From an uncultured Chloroflexia bacterium (GTDB lineage: Bacteria; Chloroflexota; UBA6077; JACCZL01), in contig CAVXYC010000018.1 in NCBI GenBank assembly GCA_963765765.1, positions 96,001-160,000 of the forward strand: 64,000 nucleotides of DNA, read 5' to 3'. Shown piece after piece: positions 60,576 through 64,000 of this stretch. Position 1 is the stretch's first letter. The number at the start of each line of letters is the position of its first letter. Made by a program: the position numbers and the translations under genes. The notes below the pieces were generated by a model. It searched no databases, had not been told where the DNA came from, and saw only the letters and a list, made by a program, of their open reading frames with translations.

Positions 60576-61689
60576 CTACCCTCCGGAAACCTGCGACGGG
60601 AATTCCACTCCGCACTCCTCGGCTAGCTCTGTGAGATCCCGCACTAACACATCGTGCAGCGGCACGCCGTTGGCACGACGGTCATCGGTGTTGCGGAATT
60701 CGATCTCACCAGGAATCAGCACCCGCTTTGCTGGATCGAGTGGCGGGGTTGCGCGCAGGTCGCGAATCATTCGGTCCATGTTGATTTTGAACTCCTCGGA
60801 CTCCACGAAGCCATCGATCCGCCACGCGCCAAACCACTGGCCCACGCCCTCAACGTCGTTCAGCATGACGGACGAGCCCATGCCTGTCAGCATGCCCGAA
60901 AGCACATCCACGAAGGCGCCCAGCCCGTAGCCCTTGTAGCTGCTGGTGTCCGGCCGACCACCTAGTGGCAATAACCAACCACCTTCAACTGGCGCAAAGG
61001 GATCATCGCTGTACTGACCGTCCGCATCTTGGGACCAGCCCACTGGGACCTTCTTGCCCGTGCGACGCGCGAGGAGAAACTTACCGGACGCGACGACGCT
61101 GGTGGCCATGTCAAGGACAAACGGTCGCTCTTCGTTGGCCGGCACGGCTACGGCGATTGGATTCGTACCGATCATCGGGCGCGCCCCAAACGTCGGCGCC
61201 ACCCACGGACGGCTATTGCACACGCTGATGCCGATCATGTCATGAGGCAGCGCCATCATCGGATAATGTGCGGCCATCCCGTAATGGCGACCATCCCGTA
61301 GTCCTACGAATCCGCTACCCGCGTCTCGCGCCTTGGAGATCGCCAGCTCCATCGCCTCTGTGGCGGAGGCCGCGCCGAGACCGCCATCGTTGTCCATGAG
61401 CGCCGTGCTGGGCGTCTCCCGCACGATGCGCCGATTGGGTCGCGTGTTGACCGTGCCGTCTTTGAGTCCCGGCACGTACGCGCGGTTATGCGTAAACATG
61501 TTGATGCCATGCGAGTCCACGCCTCGCAGGTCGGCGTGGTTCAGCGCAGATGCGGTTGCGTTGGCATCCGGTTCGCTGGCGCCGAGGCGGACCATGAGCG
61601 TTGACCATGAACGCTCGGAGCGCATCGGCGGGGTAACGGTGAACGCCGCCCGCGACTGACTCAGGATCCGGCCTCGCTTCACCGCGCAT
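60576..61689 (-). CDS. Ldh_2 family oxidoreductase (N-terminal frameshift)
   Basis: ADLRGVDSHG, HYGMA, GTNPIA, LDMATS, YKGYGL, IPGE. Confidence 0.88.
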
Positions 61690-61708
61690 GTCTCACATTC
61701 TCCCAAGC

Positions 61709-62962
61709 TCACTCGTTCACCGTCACGGCGTTCTTTATCGGCTGTCCGCCATTGTTCTTGACTTCCCAATCGGCGATGAATGCTTTTACCTTCGATTCGA
61801 ATTCGGCCTGGGAGATGCCCTTGGGAAGCTGCTGGACGATATCCGCCGCATGGAGAGCGTTGCCTAACCGAGACTGGTCAACGCTGAGCAGCGTGATCGG
61901 GCCCTTCTTGCCTCCACCCACGACCTGTCCCTTCAAGAGATCTGGCAGGTAACTCGGGACGTCGCGTCGAATGCCATCATCGTTGCGCTTCATTTTCTTG
62001 ATGAAGTCCTGGCCCTCTTTACTCATCGTCCAGTTCATGAAGACGAGGGCGGCATTGGGGTTCTGGGCCGTTTTGGTGACGCCCATCATGGCCGGCTGGC
62101 TTACCAGCGGCCGCTCCGGGAATGCCATGATTCTTACGGGTGCCTCTGCCTCGGCCAGGCTGAGAATGCGATCGCTGCCCAACCCCAGTCCCAATGCAAT
62201 CTCGCCTCGACCGACCGCCGCTTCCTGGTCGCCCGAGCGCGCAAGTGTCATCACTTCCTGCACTCGGTACATCGACCAGATTTCGGCTAGCGTGATGTTG
62301 TCGGTGGCATAGCTGTGCTGCATCAGGAACGACGTCACCGCGGCACTCGCGCTGGGATCCAGCCAGGCGATCTTGCCCTTGAAGCGCGGATCGGTGGCGA
62401 GCTCATTAAACGTCTTTGGTTCCTCACCGGAGGCGACCATGCGCGTGTTGAGGATGTAGTGGCCCTCCATCTTGCCCAGGCGGCTCACCGTCACGTCCAT
62501 CGCGTCGCCAAAGAAGGTTGGCGCTGTGAGCCAGACGCTTGCCGGTTCGGCAAGAACAGGCAGCGGCTTATCCCGCAATGGGAGGAACGCGCCTTCGGTT
62601 CGCAGGGCCGTGAGCGTGGTGGGTGATCCTTCCATGAGGTCCGCCGAGGGCTGCCCAGCCTTCGACTCCTGCTGGTAGCGCGGAACGAGCTGCGCGCCGG
62701 TGGCACTGATGATGTCCACGGTGATGCCGGCGATCCGTTGCAGCTCAGTATTGATGAGCGTACCTTCCTGGCCGGTGAACCGCTCCGCGTAAATCAGGAG
62801 CTTCCCCTCACGCCGAGCCGCGTCAAGGACTTGCTGCCACTCGGCCGAGACGGGGGCGTTAGTGGACGGAGCCGAGCCGCTGGGCGCGGGCGACGCACTC
62901 GGCGAACAGGCAGCCAGCGTGAGTAACGCCGCTACGAGGAGTGCGCGGTGCATATGAGACAC
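61709..62962 (-). CDS. ABC substrate-binding lipoprotein (AfuA-like)
   Basis: Lipobox LAAC; WQQVLDAARREG; NPNAALVFMNWTMSKEGQ. Confidence 0.82.
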   Translation of the reverse strand: MSHMHRALLVAALLTLAACSPSASPAPSGSAPSTNAPVSAEWQQVLDAARREGKLLIYAERFTGQEGTLINTELQRIAGITVDIISATGAQLVPRYQQESKAGQPSADLMEGSPTTLTALRTEGAFLPLRDKPLPVLAEPASVWLTAPTFFGDAMDVTVSRLGKMEGHYILNTRMVASGEEPKTFNELATDPRFKGKIAWLDPSASAAVTSFLMQHSYATDNITLAEIWSMYRVQEVMTLARSGDQEAAVGRGEIALGLGLGSDRILSLAEAEAPVRIMAFPERPLVSQPAMMGVTKTAQNPNAALVFMNWTMSKEGQDFIKKMKRNDDGIRRDVPSYLPDLLKGQVVGGGKKGPITLLSVDQSRLGNALHAADIVQQLPKGISQAEFESKVKAFIADWEVKNNGGQPIKNAVTVNE

Positions 62963-63002
62963 GGTGAATCACCTCCAGGGCTCAACTCCCGGCGCGGAGC
63001 GC

Positions 63003-63092
63003 TTTAGCCTGCGTGCGAGCATCGCCGCTTTTCAGACTTCACGACTAAGGCTGGGATATCAAGAAAGCGGCGATCTCTCGCCGCACTCTAAA
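63003..63092. repeat. REP-like doublet (family C)
   Basis: TTTAGCCTGCG..ATCGCCGCTTT ... AAAGCGGCGATCTCTCGCCGCACTCTAAA. Confidence 0.6.
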
Positions 63093-63119
63093 CTGCTTCG
63101 CGCCAAGTGGTCCAGCCGC

Positions 63120-63580
63120 TCAATCGCCGAAGAACTGGCCTTCCAGGATCTTCGCATCGATCTTCTCGCGCAGCGGCGGACCGAGTCGCTCGAGGCCGCC
63201 CGGCTCATTCTGCCCCATTGCGCCGATACGGACGTAGACCAGTGTCTCATCCGACGCGCTTTCAAACCAGTAGCGCCCCATGCGAGGCACCAGGATTCCC
63301 TGGTAGCGGCCGATAGTGGCCACCTCGCGATCTTCATCCGTATAGAAGGTTGCCTGCCCCTGCAACACCAGGAAGATCTGGTCCTCCCCGGGTGATAGTG
63401 GAAGATCGTCTCACCACCCGGCTTGCCTACGGACACCTGCGCCGTTATCAGGTCCGTGGCCGCAAGCGTGGTCGTCATCTTGCCTTGTTCGAGCAGCGGC
63501 GGACGCACATCGAACTTCTTGAACGAACTTACTGGCGACTCGTCATCAACGCGTGCACCCATGCTCGGCTCAACTGCCAT
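63120..63580 (-). CDS. cupin domain protein (frameshift near 63385)
   Basis: GGETIFHYHPG then EDQIFLVLQGQATFY..GILVPR..YWF. Confidence 0.75.
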
Positions 63581-63634
63581 ATCCCGCTCTCCCGTCGATC
63601 TCGCTCAAAGTCTACTCCTAGCAGAATCCGCCTT

Positions 63635-64000
63635 TCAGCCTAAGGACTGGCCCCTCCCGTTAGTGAAGAAATTCACGTCGTCAGGGTTGATGAGGTCGGG
63701 CACGGTCCAGCCGTTAGTGTCGTACTCCGCCATGCACTTCTCCGCGAAGGCCTTGAATGCGGCCGTCTGTCCACTCTGGGTCGCGCCCATCAAGGCAGCC
63801 AGGCGCGTGTCCTCGTGGCTACCGGCGTAGTTCATCTCGTACAGCTCATGGCGACCGCCGAACTCCGTGCCGACCGCGTCCCAGAGCAAGCGCATGAGCT
63901 TGATGCGGTCGATGGCCTCGATGCCGTTGCTGCCGCGCAGGTACTTATCCAGATAGGGCCGTAGCTCCTCGACGCCCCAGTCCTGGACATGCGAGTTCTG
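63635..64000 (-). CDS. hpaB: 4-hydroxyphenylacetate 3-hydroxylase family oxygenase, C-terminal part
   Basis: [52 protein letters not shown]. Confidence 0.8.
   Translation of the reverse strand, partial: QNSHVQDWGVEELRPYLDKYLRGSNGIEAIDRIKLMRLLWDAVGTEFGGRHELYEMNYAGSHEDTRLAALMGATQSGQTAAFKAFAEKCMAEYDTNGWTVPDLINPDDVNFFTNGRGQSLG

Noticed and set aside
2040-63390. Programmed frameshifting as a general explanation of split genes
   Set aside because: No common slippery sequence; indels hit unrelated transport and metabolic genes at random
1-64000. CRISPR array, tRNA, rRNA, integrase or prophage
   Set aside because: No regularly spaced direct repeats with unique spacers, cloverleafs or phage/cas motifs seen; the repeats are dispersed inverted pairs

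Overview
GC-rich bacterial chromosomal window with no rRNA, tRNA, CRISPR array or phage genes that I can recognise. The lipoprotein substrate-binding proteins with Ala/Pro linkers and the gene repertoire suggest a monoderm, Chloroflexota-like organism (inference). The window is dominated by aromatic, heterocycle and sulfur catabolism. It holds four phthalate-dioxygenase-type Rieske oxygenase alpha subunits with no reductase or ferredoxin nearby, an OphB-like dehydrogenase, LigJ, HpaB, a flavin monooxygenase, two isochorismatase-family hydrolases, several ABC/MFS/TTT transporters, a thiol dioxygenase-multirhodanese-methyltransferase operon, a ferritin-like diiron protein and a reduced ebo-like operon. 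About 20 genes are split by single-base indels, most likely long-read sequencing error. Items not in the ORF track: a 44-aa orphan DltX-like ORF, a REP-flanked RAYT transposase with an in-frame TGA, a 163-bp MITE inserted with a TTCA duplication into a REP loop, and many distinct intergenic palindrome families. All family assignments are from motif recognition by eye, not database searches.
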